A stretch of DNA of 63,994 nt, filler included, from Dirinaria sp. TL-2023a (GCA_051941275.1; 5 parts of 5 records of this genome joined end to end with filler, not necessarily neighbours in it); one strand, 5' to 3'; positions 38,789-51,053 are shown, counted from the whole stretch's first letter. Notes: a model not told the origin generated them from the letters alone. Numbers and translations: made by a program.

Positions 38789-40702
38789 GATTGACTGCCA
38801 GTCCGACCTGTCCAGGTCCATCACCAAACTCAATCCCAAATCGAAACTCTTCGTGGTCCGTGAAGCGCCGCAGGCGGTGCTGCCGAAGCTGTTCAAAGCA
38901 TGGAAAATAACCCATCTGGTGTTTGAAAAGGATACAGACGCTTATGCCCGGGAGCGCGATGGCAAGGTTATGCAGTTGGCCAAAGACGCCGGGGTCGAGG
39001 TCGTGGTCAAAGTGGGAAGGACGCTTTATGACCCCAATGAGTTGGTGAAAGCCAACGGAGGCAAGCCGACCATGAGTATTACCCAGGTCGAGCATGTAAG
39101 CAGCCTTCCAACCTTTTGCCGGGCTGTTCCGTATACTGAGACGAACTCTAGGCAGCGCAGAAGCTGCCCGATGTACCGCGTCCCATTCCAACGCCCAGCT
39201 CCCTTCCCAACCCTGGCGATACTTCTCTGGACATCTCGCAAGACCGCCCCGTCTCAGAGCCCGACATCAACCGCACGCAGCGCTCAGGCGCCGAAACATC
39301 CTACAACCACCTATCTGGCCCTGGCTCCGACTTCGCCGTGCCAGAGTACTCGGAACTCGGGCTCAAACCTGCCACAACACCTCACCGGGGCGGGGAAACT
39401 GCGGCACTTAAATCCCTCGAATTGATTATATCCGACGAAAGCTACACCGCGACCTTCTCCAAGCCGTCCACGGCCCCGACCGCGTTCTCTCCCCAGTCTA
39501 CCACCCTGCTCTCGCCGCACCACCACTTCGGCAGTCTGTCGGTGCGACTGCTTTACTGGCGCGTGCACGACACCATGAAGGCATACGAGAAGAAGGGCAA
39601 AAAGGCCTCTACGGTCCCTACTAACCTGCTCGGCCAACTGCTCTTCCGTGAGATGTATTTCGGCGCGCAGGCGGCGCTGGGGTACTCTTTCGCACAGACG
39701 ACGGGGAACAGCCATTGCCGGTTCGTGCCGTGGCATTTGCCTTCTACCGTCTCTGGCGGCTTGATCACGGGGAGCTATACTGTCTCCTCGCCCCTGCACG
39801 AGCGGTGGTTGCAGCGGTGGAAGTTCGGACGCACAGGGTTCCCCTGGATCGACGCCCTGATGCGGCAGCTGCGGCAGGAAGGGTGGATCCACCACCTTGG
39901 GCGGCACGCCGTCGCCTGCTTCCTCACTCGAGGGGGTTGTTACATCGATTGGGAGCGCGGCGCGGAGGTTTTTGAGGAATGGCTCATCGACCACGAGACG
40001 GCGTGTAATGTGGGGAACTGGCAGTGGCTCGCCTGCGTCGCGTTCTACGCCCAGTTCTACCGCTGCTATTCCCCCGTCGCGTTCCCCAAAAAGTGGGACA
40101 AGCAAGGCGCCTTCGTGAGGAGGTACGTGCCCGAGCTGGCCCGCTTTCCAGAGAAGTATATCTATGAGCCGTGGAAGGCGCCGATTGCGGATCAGAAGAA
40201 GGCCGGCTGTTTGGTGCGAGGGGAGGGAGACGAGGACGGGGAGAATGGGGTACAGCTGTACCCGAAACCAATGTTCGAGTTCAACGAGCGCCGAGGGATC
40301 TGTATCGAGGGACTCAAGAATGCCTACCATGTTGAGCTCTATGGCAACGATGAGCGCGTCAGGAATGGTTCTTGGCGCTCGCTGTTCGAGGATCGAGTTG
40401 AAGGTCCGACTGAAGGGAACGAAGGCATTACGGAAGGCCCAGTGAAGGACGGAGTGAGCGGAGACGTGGATGGAGACATGTTCGATGCAAGGGATGAAGA
40501 AGAAGTTGAGCAAGGTGCGAAAGTGAGGAAGAACGGTGTGGATAAAAAGGATATGGGTGTCGACGAGGATGAGGATGAGGCGAGGGAAGTGGGAGGGGAG
40601 ACCAAGGGAGGGGATGAGGGGAAGGGAAAGAGGAAGAGAGGGCAAGGAACGTTGGATGGAATGTTTGAGGGAAAAGGCACCAAGAAAAAGGGTAAGCGGT
40701 AG
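38789..40702 (+). CDS. (6-4) photolyase / animal-like cryptochrome, 5' exon(s) missing at contig start
   Basis: FEKDTDAYARERD; RGGETAAL; TTLLSPHHHFGSLS; GQLLFREMY; GRTGFPWIDALMRQLRQEGWIHHLGRHAVACFLTRG; NVGNWQWL; KYIYEPWKAP; intron 39096-39151. Confidence 0.93.
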
Positions 40703-40866
40703 CTAAACTCATGGAAAAGTTGAAGAGAGCTTGCAATTGGAGTTCTCGGCGGATCGGTATATCTGCGCATGGGAAGCGGGTGACGAACTCCGAGAAGTTT
40801 GTGGGCAATGGTGTGGATAACCATAATAAAAATGGATAATATTTGGAAAACTTTCAGCAAAGCCAC

Positions 40867-43170
40867 TCATACCTGGTTGCCAAATACGTACTTCCTGCAG
40901 GCCTACGCTCAAAGAGCAACAAATCCCGAATCAGTAGACGTTCCAAAAGAAGAACAACCGTGAGCACTACTCACCTCTTTCAGCACTCCAATCTGCTGCT
41001 GAGTCTTGACGAAGACTTCTCGGTACTGCTCCAACGTCTCCTGTACGCAGTCATTCCGGCTTTTGGTGCCGGCGCAAATCTCCTTCATTTTGGCCTCCAT
41101 TTCCTTACGCAGGAACGGTTTCCCCAGGCTGGTGTCGAGCCCAATGCTATCGTAGCCTTCGATCAGAGCCACGCCTAGGGTGGTAGGGATGAATTGTTGG
41201 ACGGAATTTCCCCCTCCTCGACCACCACCTCGACCGCCCGCTGACCCTCCTCGAGGCTGTGTCAGCACATACTCCCGCTCTTTGATTTTGGCAATGTGCT
41301 CGGCCATGGTCGCATCAGTTCCGATGCCGTTGGCATCCATGAGACCGATGAGCTCCGGCTCCGTGAGATATCCTGGTGCCGTAGTCTCGCCATCCGTGAT
41401 ATTAGCTTCGGTTGGCTCGAACACCTCATGCAGGATGAAGTTCGGTAGCTGCTGGCTGCTCTCCCATTTTTCATACGGGTAAACATCCAGGTAGTTCCGC
41501 TGAAGGACGATCAGGCCCACGGTAAAGAATGTTTCGTCGCCATACTCGATCTCGACCGTGGTCGTCTCTCCTTTGGCGTCTTCCGAACAGCAGGCCAGGA
41601 ACCTGCGCACGACGAATTCGTACACCTTCCGTTCATCGTCATCGCGTAGTGCGTTCCGAGCTACGTAGTTGACTGGGTGAATTGGAGGATGGGCTTGGTC
41701 GTTGTTTCTGCCGGCTCTTGGATGCTTGAACGCGCCATTTAGAAGGCTGAAAGAGGGTCTCATATTAGCAGACTAGTTTCAAAAATGTCTGTATGACGGT
41801 GCCACGCACCTCTGCGCATACGGTCCCCATGTGCCGTCCCGGGTTTGCTTCTCGACCAACCTTTGTAGGTCTATGCCTTTGTCGAACTGATCGGTCTCTG
41901 TACGTGGATAGCTAATCCAGCCTTTGTTATAGAGTTCCTCTGCTACCTGCCTACAATGAGCAATACGCTACAATACTAAAAGTTGAGGCTTATTGAACCT
42001 TCATAACCCTTTGACTGTCCATCCGAAGATACATACTTCCTAACTTCTGTAATTCGACTGTAGTCAAGGGTAAAGGTCGCCATTTGCTGGTGGGTTTCCT
42101 CTGCATCTTCGATACCCGGGCAAGTCTAGCAGCTAGACACCTTTCGAAGAGGACAATGACAGAGGCCCGATCGAACAGGCGGCTGCGATGCCATGAAAAT
42201 TGAACTTTAATGTCATCGCGAACCTGTATGACTTTGATGCTCCAGAACTTCTCGGGTACAAATCTTTTGACCCGAAAGTACCTATCAACGACGAATCCAA
42301 GGGTAGGAAATTGGCAAGAGCCTAAGGATGTCAGCAAGGCCATTGAAAGCTTGCCATTAGTCGCACACGCACCATAACTCAGTACCCGGTCTGCAAGGTC
42401 TCCACCAAGGGCCTGGAGACTGAGCGTTTGATAACGTGTGAAAGCGGCACCGAGCCGGAGATCCAGCTCTATCCTAGCGCTTACAGCGTTTACCTGGTGG
42501 TCATCAAGATTGATCGGATTTTGCGCCGCTTGGATGACATGTCTGCACGCTTGTTAGCTACCATTTTAATGGGGCAATACCCTATGGCGACGCGATCTTA
42601 CGCTCTTTCTGTATTGCTGAATCTCGCTCGCTTCACTTGGATTCTTTGATTGCCTTCGAACGCCGCCTGTCGGACTTCTGAGCCGATGTGTTCCCCTTCT
42701 CGATCGCAGTCGGTCCAGATAAACAACGCTTTGGAGTAGCGTGCTTGTTTCTTGATGTTGTCGGCGATGGCTTTCTTATCCTGTATCACTGTCAACAGCA
42801 GCTTCTCCAACATGATAGGTATCTGCCAGCTACCTGCGCGATCTCGGTAATGACTGGAGCCTCAAAGAGCTGCCCAGGCTGACATGAGTTCCATTTGCGG
42901 TACTGCGAATGAAACTCAAGCGCTGTGAGATGCCCCAGTACACTCGTCACAACGACAGAACAGTTGCCCCACGGCGGTCCAAAGGAAAAATCGAACTCGT
43001 AGTTCTTGACATAATTATTGCCAGTGACGTTGCGCTGCCTTAATGAGCCGAGATTTAAATTTGTAAAGTGCACAACTCACTACATTAAAATTTCCTCCAG
43101 CGAGGTGCTGCGCGACGGATTTGGCGATAGAAGGCTTTTCCGCAACACACAAGATCTTGTTGGAGACCAT
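40867..43170 (-). CDS. TOP3: DNA topoisomerase III (type IA), multi-exon
   Basis: LCVAEKPSIAKSVA; TSVLGHL; IWTDCDREGEHIG; GSCQFPTLGFVV; ISYPRTETD (catalytic Tyr); AHPPIHP; GIGTDAT; last exon ACRKYVFGNQV*. Confidence 0.96.
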
Positions 43171-43438
43171 TTCCACTGACTATGACAATGAACTCCAGTG
43201 ACATTGAGCGTCTTTCATTCCGCAGTTATAGGACTTTATGGCAACTGGCCACAGCGCCTTCCACACCGCAAGAATCCTCTTCCATCGTCAACTCCTGCCC
43301 AGAATCCAACACTCCTGTAACAGGGCTGTTCTCTCTCTCCCTTAAAAGGAAACATGGAGGATCGAGCGATTACGAGCCTGCCAGGATAAAAAATGTCAAA
43401 TGTGTAGTAGATTCAAGCAAAGAAGCGAGATGGGAGTG

Positions 43439-43449
43439 ACGCGTCGCGT
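43439..43449. promoter_or_regulatory. Overlapping MCB-like elements (ACGCGT, TCGCGT) between TOP3 and the NUDIX gene
   Basis: ACGCGTCGCGT about 270 bp upstream of the TOP3 ATG. Confidence 0.45.
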
Positions 43450-43874
43450 CCTGAAAGTGCTACCTTACTGATGCGGCGCTTCGACCCGAAGTTGTTCCGA
43501 GCCCAAACAATCATCGGACTCGTTAATGATCCGTTTTCAACCAACGGATGGAAATGTTGAAATGGCTAAGGTAATGTAATTGCATGGAGCTCTTCCCAAT
43601 TGCAGCACAGATACTCTGCCTCTCTGCCTCTCTGCATACCAGGCATGTTCACCAAACATAATCGCTTCAGTGAGATCACGTGACATTCCCCTTCGAGTAG
43701 TGTGTAAGGTACTTTAATACTAGCACTGTAGTGCACCGAGCAAAAGCAGGCACAAGATGAGATTCCCAATCTACCCCTCAGCGTGAAAGGTGCAAACCAG
43801 GTTCCAAGAAACAGTGTCTAAGCTTCCATGAGTCAAATTGGGTCGAATAGCGTTTGAAGGAACTTGCAGCTCGT

Positions 43875-44742
43875 ATGGGCAACACTGCTTCACTGCCTCC
43901 CGCAGGTACGGAGGGTGGTAAAGACAGTCTATACGACGAACGACATGAAATGTCTTCCGCATCTGACAGGCCAGTGGTAGCTAGTTTTGATAGCGAGCAT
44001 CTCACTATTGGCGCTGGGGCAGCCATTTTTCACGTCGCTTCGTCGCGGGTGGTTGTGTGCTATCACCCAGTGCATGAATATTGGTTCCTGCCGAAAGGCC
44101 GTCGAGATGCCAATGAGGAGACCGGTTTTGCTGCCGAGAGGGAAGGTTTCGAAGAGGTCGGTAATTTGCTCCGTTCGGCCTCCTTCAGCACCTGCTTTTG
44201 CTTGTTCAACTGCAGCTTGCTCACAATCTTGACTCTAGTCGGGCTATCGGAACCGCCTTCTTCCTACCTTCCAGCGTCACCGTCAGCCGAGGCCCCATAA
44301 CCCTTCCAGTCCTGTCCCGGCAGTCTTTAGCATCGAGCCGGTCTGGATGCAATTGGTGCCTGTCTCACATACTGCGCAGTACGTGCTCTTCTGGTATATC
44401 GCCGAGACCCTTGCTCCAGACATCGAAACATCTGTGAACAGTGAAGCAGAAGCCCAAGGCATGACTTATCAGATACCCCCTCGCTTCCCTGCGGAGCTAA
44501 CCTTAGCTGAGAGAGTCAAGCAAGATGGCAATGGCTATGAGCCCGTAAGGCATGAGAACACAGGAGTAGATGCAGAAGAAGCCCAGTATGCATCGTATTT
44601 GCTATCTATCCCAGACGCTATGGAAAAGCTCAAAGGCACCGTCATGACCGATGTTGTTCGCAAAGGCTGGAAAGGTATCCAGCTGAGGTGGGAGATGGAA
44701 GGAAAAGCCGCCAGAAACGCCAAAGCACAAAACAGTCAATGA
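43875..44742 (+). CDS. NUDIX hydrolase
   Basis: Nudix box LPKG-RRDAN-E-ETGFAAE-REGFEE|SG split by intron 44157-44238. Confidence 0.88.
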
Positions 44743-44886
44743 ACTCCTTAAACAGACAAGAACCCCTTAAACAGACAAGAACTCCCAAAGCAGGCAATGA
44801 TCTCCCAGAACAGACACGCAATCCCAAGCCAAACAGCGAACTCTTAAAAAAAGACAATGAACTTCTAAAACAAACAAGGAAACCCC
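44740..44886. repeat. Degenerate ~19-21-bp tandem repeat (GAACYCCTTAAACAGACAA-like, about 7 units)
   Basis: gaactccttaaacagacaa gaaccccttaaacagacaa gaactcccaaagcaggcaat ... gaacttctaaaacaaacaa. Confidence 0.8.
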
Positions 44887-44927
44887 AGCAATCACCATGC
44901 CGTAACTTATCGAATTGCTCCGGACAT

Positions 44928-46199
44928 TTAGTGTCCGAAATCCCTCCTTTGGCCGCCAAACCCACCGCGCTGAAATCCTCCAGGCGCTCCGCCACGTCCG
45001 CCGTTAGGCTGCGTACCGAAAGGCGGGTATTGATGGTTGGGCGGCGGCATCGGCAATGGTTGCTGGTAAGGTGTAGTAGGTGGCCGAGGCCCGTAGGCCG
45101 GATTGGCGAATTGCCCAGCTGCAAAAGGAGCGCCAACGGTAGCTGCTGCAGCGTTTCGCAGAGCCTGGATACTCACAGTATTGCTATGATTACGCCTAGC
45201 CTCGTTCGCCAAACTCTGCTGCAAACCAGCGATGATTTCGTCGCGCTGGTGGACCTGCGTTTCTAATCCTCGAAGCCGATTCTCTGTCTGACTGCTGCTC
45301 GAGGTGTTGGTTGCGGCGGCTTCGGTCTGCGTGCTGCTGTCCTTGTAGCTGCTGATGGTCTTGTCCTTGTCTCTGAGGAGCCCATCTTTCTCCTCAAGTT
45401 GCTCCTTGAGCTGTTTGATTTCTTCGTCTTTGCACTGCTCGATACTCTTGAAGTCTTTCTTGATCTTTTCGAACAAGCCGTTCTTTTCTTCGATTTTGGC
45501 ATTGAGCTTTCGGAGCTGCTCGTCCAGGTCTGCAATCTTGGTGTCCTTGCCCTCAAGCTTGCCTTTACAGTCGTTGAAGACCTTGGCCCTGTCTGCATCT
45601 AAGGTCTTCCGCACCTTGCCCAGAAGCTCGTCTAGAACTCTGTCCATTCTTTGCTTTCGTTCGTTGTGGGCGATCCAGTACGGCGTGGTTAGATCCGTTA
45701 CAAAACGCAGCACTCCATAAAAGCGCAGAGCGACCCAAAGCCAAGTATAAAGCCAGCGCAGAAACCATTCCCAGAGCAAGCTGCCAAGAGTAGGTTTGAC
45801 GAAGTGTCGTTTGGCAGAGTGTTGAAAGGATGCGTTACCGATAATATCATTGTTCGATACCACAGCACCTCCAGAAGCCTCATTAGCGGTATCATTGTTC
45901 GATGATAGCACAGCAACTTCAGGAGTCTCTTTAATGGTATCATTGTTCGGGAACACAGCAACTTCAGGAGCGTCGTCACTGCTCGAAGCCTGGTTGACGG
46001 AGTTCAAGTCCAACTTGACCGGGACGGAAGCAGGAAACAAGAAGAAGGGGAAGGACGAGAGGTCGAAGCCGGATGGGGAGATCTCGTATCCTCGATAGAG
46101 GCTTACTGCGGTGCCGTCGTGATATTGCCAAGCGGTAAAGGCGCCAGCCAAGAACACCACGAGGGCATGAATGCGGGTGATTTCGATTCCAAACGGCAT
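44928..46199 (-). CDS. Unrecognised membrane protein: N-terminal hydrophobic segment, NDT repeats, Trp-rich TM, coiled coil, Pro/RGG tail
   Basis: Intronless ORF from MPFGIEITRIHALVVFLAGAF (ATG at 46199; the frame stays open to 46475 through repeat units); long heptad region; ends GGRGGAPGGFQRGGFGGQRRDFGH. Confidence 0.75.
   Translation of the reverse strand: MPFGIEITRIHALVVFLAGAFTAWQYHDGTAVSLYRGYEISPSGFDLSSFPFFLFPASVPVKLDLNSVNQASSSDDAPEVAVFPNNDTIKETPEVAVLSSNNDTANEASGGAVVSNNDIIGNASFQHSAKRHFVKPTLGSLLWEWFLRWLYTWLWVALRFYGVLRFVTDLTTPYWIAHNERKQRMDRVLDELLGKVRKTLDADRAKVFNDCKGKLEGKDTKIADLDEQLRKLNAKIEEKNGLFEKIKKDFKSIEQCKDEEIKQLKEQLEEKDGLLRDKDKTISSYKDSSTQTEAAATNTSSSSQTENRLRGLETQVHQRDEIIAGLQQSLANEARRNHSNTVSIQALRNAAAATVGAPFAAGQFANPAYGPRPPTTPYQQPLPMPPPNHQYPPFGTQPNGGRGGAPGGFQRGGFGGQRRDFGH
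45845..45972 (-). repeat. Three coding ~45-48-nt repeats (PEVAV..NNDT)
   Basis: tatcattgttcg...cacagca(a/c)ct occurs three times. Confidence 0.85.
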
Positions 46200-46229
46200 C
46201 TTGATAAGACGGCGGATCGGAAATATAGA

Positions 46230-47290
46230 GTTTACAATTGGTAGGATAGGACCGATATAGTCTTCGGAGAATGATGTCGAAAGCTGGTCGTAGATGCGTT
46301 GATCACCAGATAAGGGTAAGAGGTCGAAGTCGATACAATTGTTAGAGAATGTTTCGAAGGCTGATCGCAGAGCAACGCATTCAATATCAGACAAGAGCTG
46401 AAAGTGAAAGTCGATACAATCGTCGGAGACTGTTATCGAAGCTGACTGCGGAGCAACGCGCCAAGTATCAGACAAGAGCTGAAAGTGAAGGTCGATACAA
46501 TCGTCGAAGACTGTTATTGAAGCTGATCGCAGATCAACACCCCAGTATCAGACAAGAGCTGGAAGTGAAAGTCGGTACAGTCGTCGGAGACTGTTATCGA
46601 GGCCGACAGCGGAGCAGCGCGCCAAGTATCAGACAAGAGCTGAAAGTGAAGGTCGATACAATCGTCGAAGAATGTTATTGAAGCTGATCGCAGGCCAACA
46701 CCTCAGTATCAGACAAGAGCTGAAAATGGAGGTCGATACAATTGTCGAAGAATGTTTTTGAAGCTGATCGTGGATCAACGCGCCAATATCAGACAAGAGC
46801 TGGAGGTGGAAGTCGATACAAATGTGGGAGAGTGCTGTCGCAAGCTGATTGCAGAGTAGAAGAGCTGAACATCAGACAACAAGTGGATGGAGATAGAAGT
46901 CGGTACAATCGTCGGAAAGTGTTGTGAGTAGACGCGCCCAGTGCCAGACAAGCAGTGGGAAGTGAAAGTCGATGCAACCGCTGGAGAGTGTTGTGAGTAG
47001 ACGCGCCCAGTACCGGACAAGCAGTGGGAGTCAAAAGCTGATCACAGAGTAGATGCGCCTAATGTCGGGCGAGCGGTAGAAGTCAAAAGCTGACCGCAGA
47101 GTAGACGCGCCGAGTATCAGACACGCAATGAAAGTGAAAGTCGACACAGTCGTCGGTAAGCGTTGTGAGTAGAGGCGCCGAGTACCAGACGAGCAGTGGA
47201 AGTCCAGAGCTGATAGCAGTGTAGACGTGTCGAGTATCAGATGAGGAGTAAGTATCGAAAGCTGAGCGCAGAGTAGACTTACTGAGTGCC
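46230..47290. repeat. Minisatellite array of about 15 units: 80-83-bp units grading into 69/52/52-bp units
   Basis: ATCAGACAA at 46386, 46467, 46547, 46628, 46708, 46788 and 46871; GTAGA at 46928, 46997, 47049, 47101, 47169, 47221 and 47273. Confidence 0.95.
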
Positions 47291-48989
47291 ACAGAAGAAG
47301 AGAACGTTGAAGTTGAAAAAGGTAGATGTGGTTGGGAGCAGGAGATATGTCTTATAGACTTGAACGATACCGGCCTAACGAGCAACAACAATAGCATTTA
47401 CGAGTCTCAATAGAGGTAATATTACGGCTCCACAGCTTCGGTTGATCTGCTATTGTGCTGATCTTGGACAATAGATGTGAAACCAAGGGTTGTCAATTCT
47501 GTCTATTATCAAGAAAGTGAACGAGTTTCTCACACTCCTAGCTCCCTGGTCAATCTACTGATTCTAATTATCTGCTGAGTGTCTATAGCATCTCTCTATA
47601 AACCCCTTGAAACATCTGTTCAGTGATTCACGTCTGGTAATTTCCAGGGCGAATGCTTTAACACTACCGCATCAGAAAAAAAAATTTCCTGACACTTGTA
47701 AAGCTTTTATGCCTAATTCACTTTACGAAGCAGAATTATCACAGCCCGAGTCCTTACTAGCCCTACTGCCAGCATTGAAGTAGTAGGTCATAGTGCCGTA
47801 GAGCATTATTTCGGGGCTGGTAGCGCGGGAGTGGAAAATTTCGATCAGGTTGTGTGAGAGGGAAGATACAGCAGACTACATATCGCGGCTGATAGCAGAA
47901 AAGTTCTTGGAGGCCATTTTCATCAGAAGATAAGTAGGATCATGGTGAGCGCGAGAGTAGCCTGGATAATATTAGTGGAATAGGTAATGTAAACAGATGG
48001 TCGTGGACGAGTAGTAGATAATTGATGCGTATTAGCCGGATAGGAGGTTATCAGGAAGGTCATCACAATCATGCAATCGCAACATCAGATCGGAATGGGC
48101 ATTTCCAGCAAGGTCCACGAGTACGTCAAGAGAGGCTGGCCTACCTTTGCTGGCCAACGTACCCTCTCTTTTTCTTTTGGGCTGGCCATGATCAATCACA
48201 GCATCGTCCGTAAACCCGTCAACATGTTCCTTGTAGTGTCCCAAGCCCGGTAAAAGCACTCAAAGAAATCGGGTATTGAAGGATTAAGCGGCAGTAACGC
48301 AAGCTCAAAAGTGTATTGTGAAGTCATTGGTAGATGCTTGGGGGCCGTGTACTTTAGAGCTTCTGGATAAGGTACAGTAACATTATGTGGAGGTGGTTTT
48401 GAGACCAGACGGGATGTTTTGATAATGTAAGATCTTGCCTTAGATATTTCACCAACCCAACATCCATAATCTACATGTACTTTACTTGTGGTACATAGTA
48501 GCTTACCTATTTACAGACCATGTACTTAGTCGCAGCCTGGCGGTGCTGCTTCGGGTTAACCCATAGACAAACAAGCTGTGCACAGCATGTATCGGGACTC
48601 TGAAGCCCATGGGTGGTGCACGGGAAAGCAGGAGTGATGAAATAAGAAGGTCAAATACGTCAGAACAAGCTTTCTGGGCAGAACTCACGATGTTCGCTCA
48701 ACAGTTGGCCATCATCACAATTGATCTCTTATTTAATGTGTCGCTGTTTACACGCCGGATTGGCATCCTAAAGCCCACAATTACAGAACATGTCCGCTCG
48801 ACGCTCAGGGCCAAATCTCCACTTTAACCTCATGGTTTGAGTTCCACTCTTCGGTGATGGAGATGGTCTGCGGAGACAGGGACATCGTAAAAGTATTGCT
48901 CAAATATGCGAAATAAGCACACTGAAACACTCCAATGGAAGAGTTATCACCAGGGCGATCGCACAAATCTCAGTCGACGCAAATGGAGC

Positions 48990-50602
48990 TCAGTATATGG
49001 CTTCATCTCGACCGAACATCAATTCATCGTCATCGTCCTCCTTACCACGAGTGGCGGCTTGCTCAGCGAAGTCGTCGCTGTCCACCACGTTGACACTCTG
49101 CCGTCCTTTTGTTAAGGCATGGCGCTCGTTGGAGAGCCGATGGGTCGATGGCGGTGGTATATTGTAGCTAGCGTGCGCCGTAGACGTTACCTGGGTTCCA
49201 GCGAGGCTGTTCTGAGTCTGTCCCGCGTATTTGGGGGGAAGAGGTGGTACTGGCGGAATACCTGCAGGCAGATGCATGGCTCCGCTACGGGGCGTCCCAA
49301 AACTACACAGAGATTCCACCGCTGCTACAAGTCCAGCCTCCTCATCATCGCCGCTGATATTGTACGGCGCCACAGCGCCCGAGGTGGATGGCCTTCTCTG
49401 GCCCACTGGGGGCGGGTATTGTCCGAAGCCTCCTCCCAGTGATGGCGCGCTTCCAACAGGTACCCATGACGAAGACTGGTAAGACCTTGAGAAAGAAGAG
49501 CTGTTCCCGCTGTGCCTCTTACTCCGTATCGTACCAAATTTATCGGATGCGTAGACATTGTCACTTGTTGGGGGGGGCGTGGTCTCTGTCGAGCTTAGGT
49601 AGACATCTTGGATTTCGGATGTACCCGAAGCCGCAGGAGAGACCGATGAACGATCGCTATCGTTGATCTTTGCTAATTCTAGAGCTTCGGTGGTTTCTTG
49701 GTTCATACCAACAAGGACTGACGCAGCTTCGAGTAGCTGGACCTGCTGGTGTTTGGAAATGAGCAATTTTGAGGTGTATGCCCATTCGGGCGTATGCTCC
49801 CATCTATGATGACGCGGTCAGCAACCATTCCAGCTGTGCGGTCACCGCGTGAATCATGGAAGCACCAAGGTGATCGAGAACCGGGCTTGAGATTGTGCAA
49901 GAAATGGACGAAAGCCGAAGCGAGGGAGCTTAGAGGATACTGACAAATGCTTTGTCAAGCAGCTGCTGTGCTTGTATCCTTTCCCGCATTTCTCGCATCT
50001 CAGCTCGCCGCTTGCTCTCTTGCTTTCACCTTTGGTCATGTGAGCGCCCTCGCTAGCGCGGCGAATCCGAGACTTGCAGCCTGGGCCACCATGCTCAGAT
50101 GGCTGAGCACCATCGGAGACAGCAGACCCGCCTATCTCGTTGCCACATGCTTGAGTAGAGCTTGCGCTTTTACCAATGTTCATAAGGGCAGTATTGTTCT
50201 CTTCTGCTTGGTCGCCATTGTCGACAGACATGGGATCCATCGCACGATTACTTCCGCTGGGCTTGACAGGCATACTTCGTCGGTTCTTCTGGCCAAGACA
50301 CCCTGATAGATTGCTACCACCGCCGTTGATGGCTGCTTTAAATACGGCCGTATTGTTTGAAATCGTGGAAGTCATACTCTTGCGTCGCGTCACCCGGTGC
50401 GAGGCGTTCATCGTTCCTAGCGAAACGGAGTGAGAGTGGTGACGAGACGTGGGTTGACGGACGGGCGTAGCTGAGGCAGGTACTGAGGTCATCGACGTGC
50501 GGTGCTGGTTCTGCGGTCGTGGCACTGAAGTTTCCTACCAGTGCCCATCAGTGGTGAGCTCGAATACTGCATTCTGTCTTTTCGCACCTTATAGCTCGAC
50601 AT
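48990..50602 (-). CDS. Single C2H2 zinc-finger protein (conserved fungal type)
   Basis: Micro-exon MSSYK; LRCEKCGKGYKHSSCLTKHL|WEHTPEWAYTSKLLISKHQQVQLLEAASVL across an intron. Confidence 0.87.
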
Positions 50603-51053
50603 CGTTGGTTGAGAGATCTGGCTCTCTGGATCTGATGGCTCCCAAAAGCCAGATTCAGAGAGCCACGGCGCCGAGTTGGCTGCAGCTTGGTGTTATTGTG
50701 GACAAGCGAGCAAAAACGAGTACGTCAAAAGCCAGCGGAAAAGAGAGCTGACTTTGGGAGTTGGCGAAACAGGACCAAAAGGGCGAGGTGGGTAAAAGTC
50801 TGTGTATACCGGATCTTTTCTCTTGGTGCCCTTAAAAAAGGTGGATGCACGTTGGGGCTGTACCTGATCTGACAGTGAGGCGTAGTGGAGAGGTGCCAAT
50901 TGGGAGCTTCTGCCAAACGCGTTCCTGCAGCCAGTGATTGCCCTGGAAGGTCGAGGGATATAAAATCTACATCGGTCAGGAGTGAAAAAGAAAGGAAAAG
51001 GTGGTGTATGGAGGAAAGATTGTTTTAGTTGGACAAGCTCAAGGTCAAGGTGT

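Noticed and set aside
39311..40645. 444-aa antisense ORF
   Set aside because: Shadow of the GC-rich photolyase gene; no recognisable motifs.
46380..46800. Each repeat unit as a mini-intron on the minus strand (GTATCG...CTGAT...CAG)
   Set aside because: The donor lacks the +5 G and the acceptor is not retained in all units.
46230..47290. CRISPR-like array
   Set aside because: The variable parts are homologous to each other rather than unique spacers; there are no cas genes and the context is eukaryotic.
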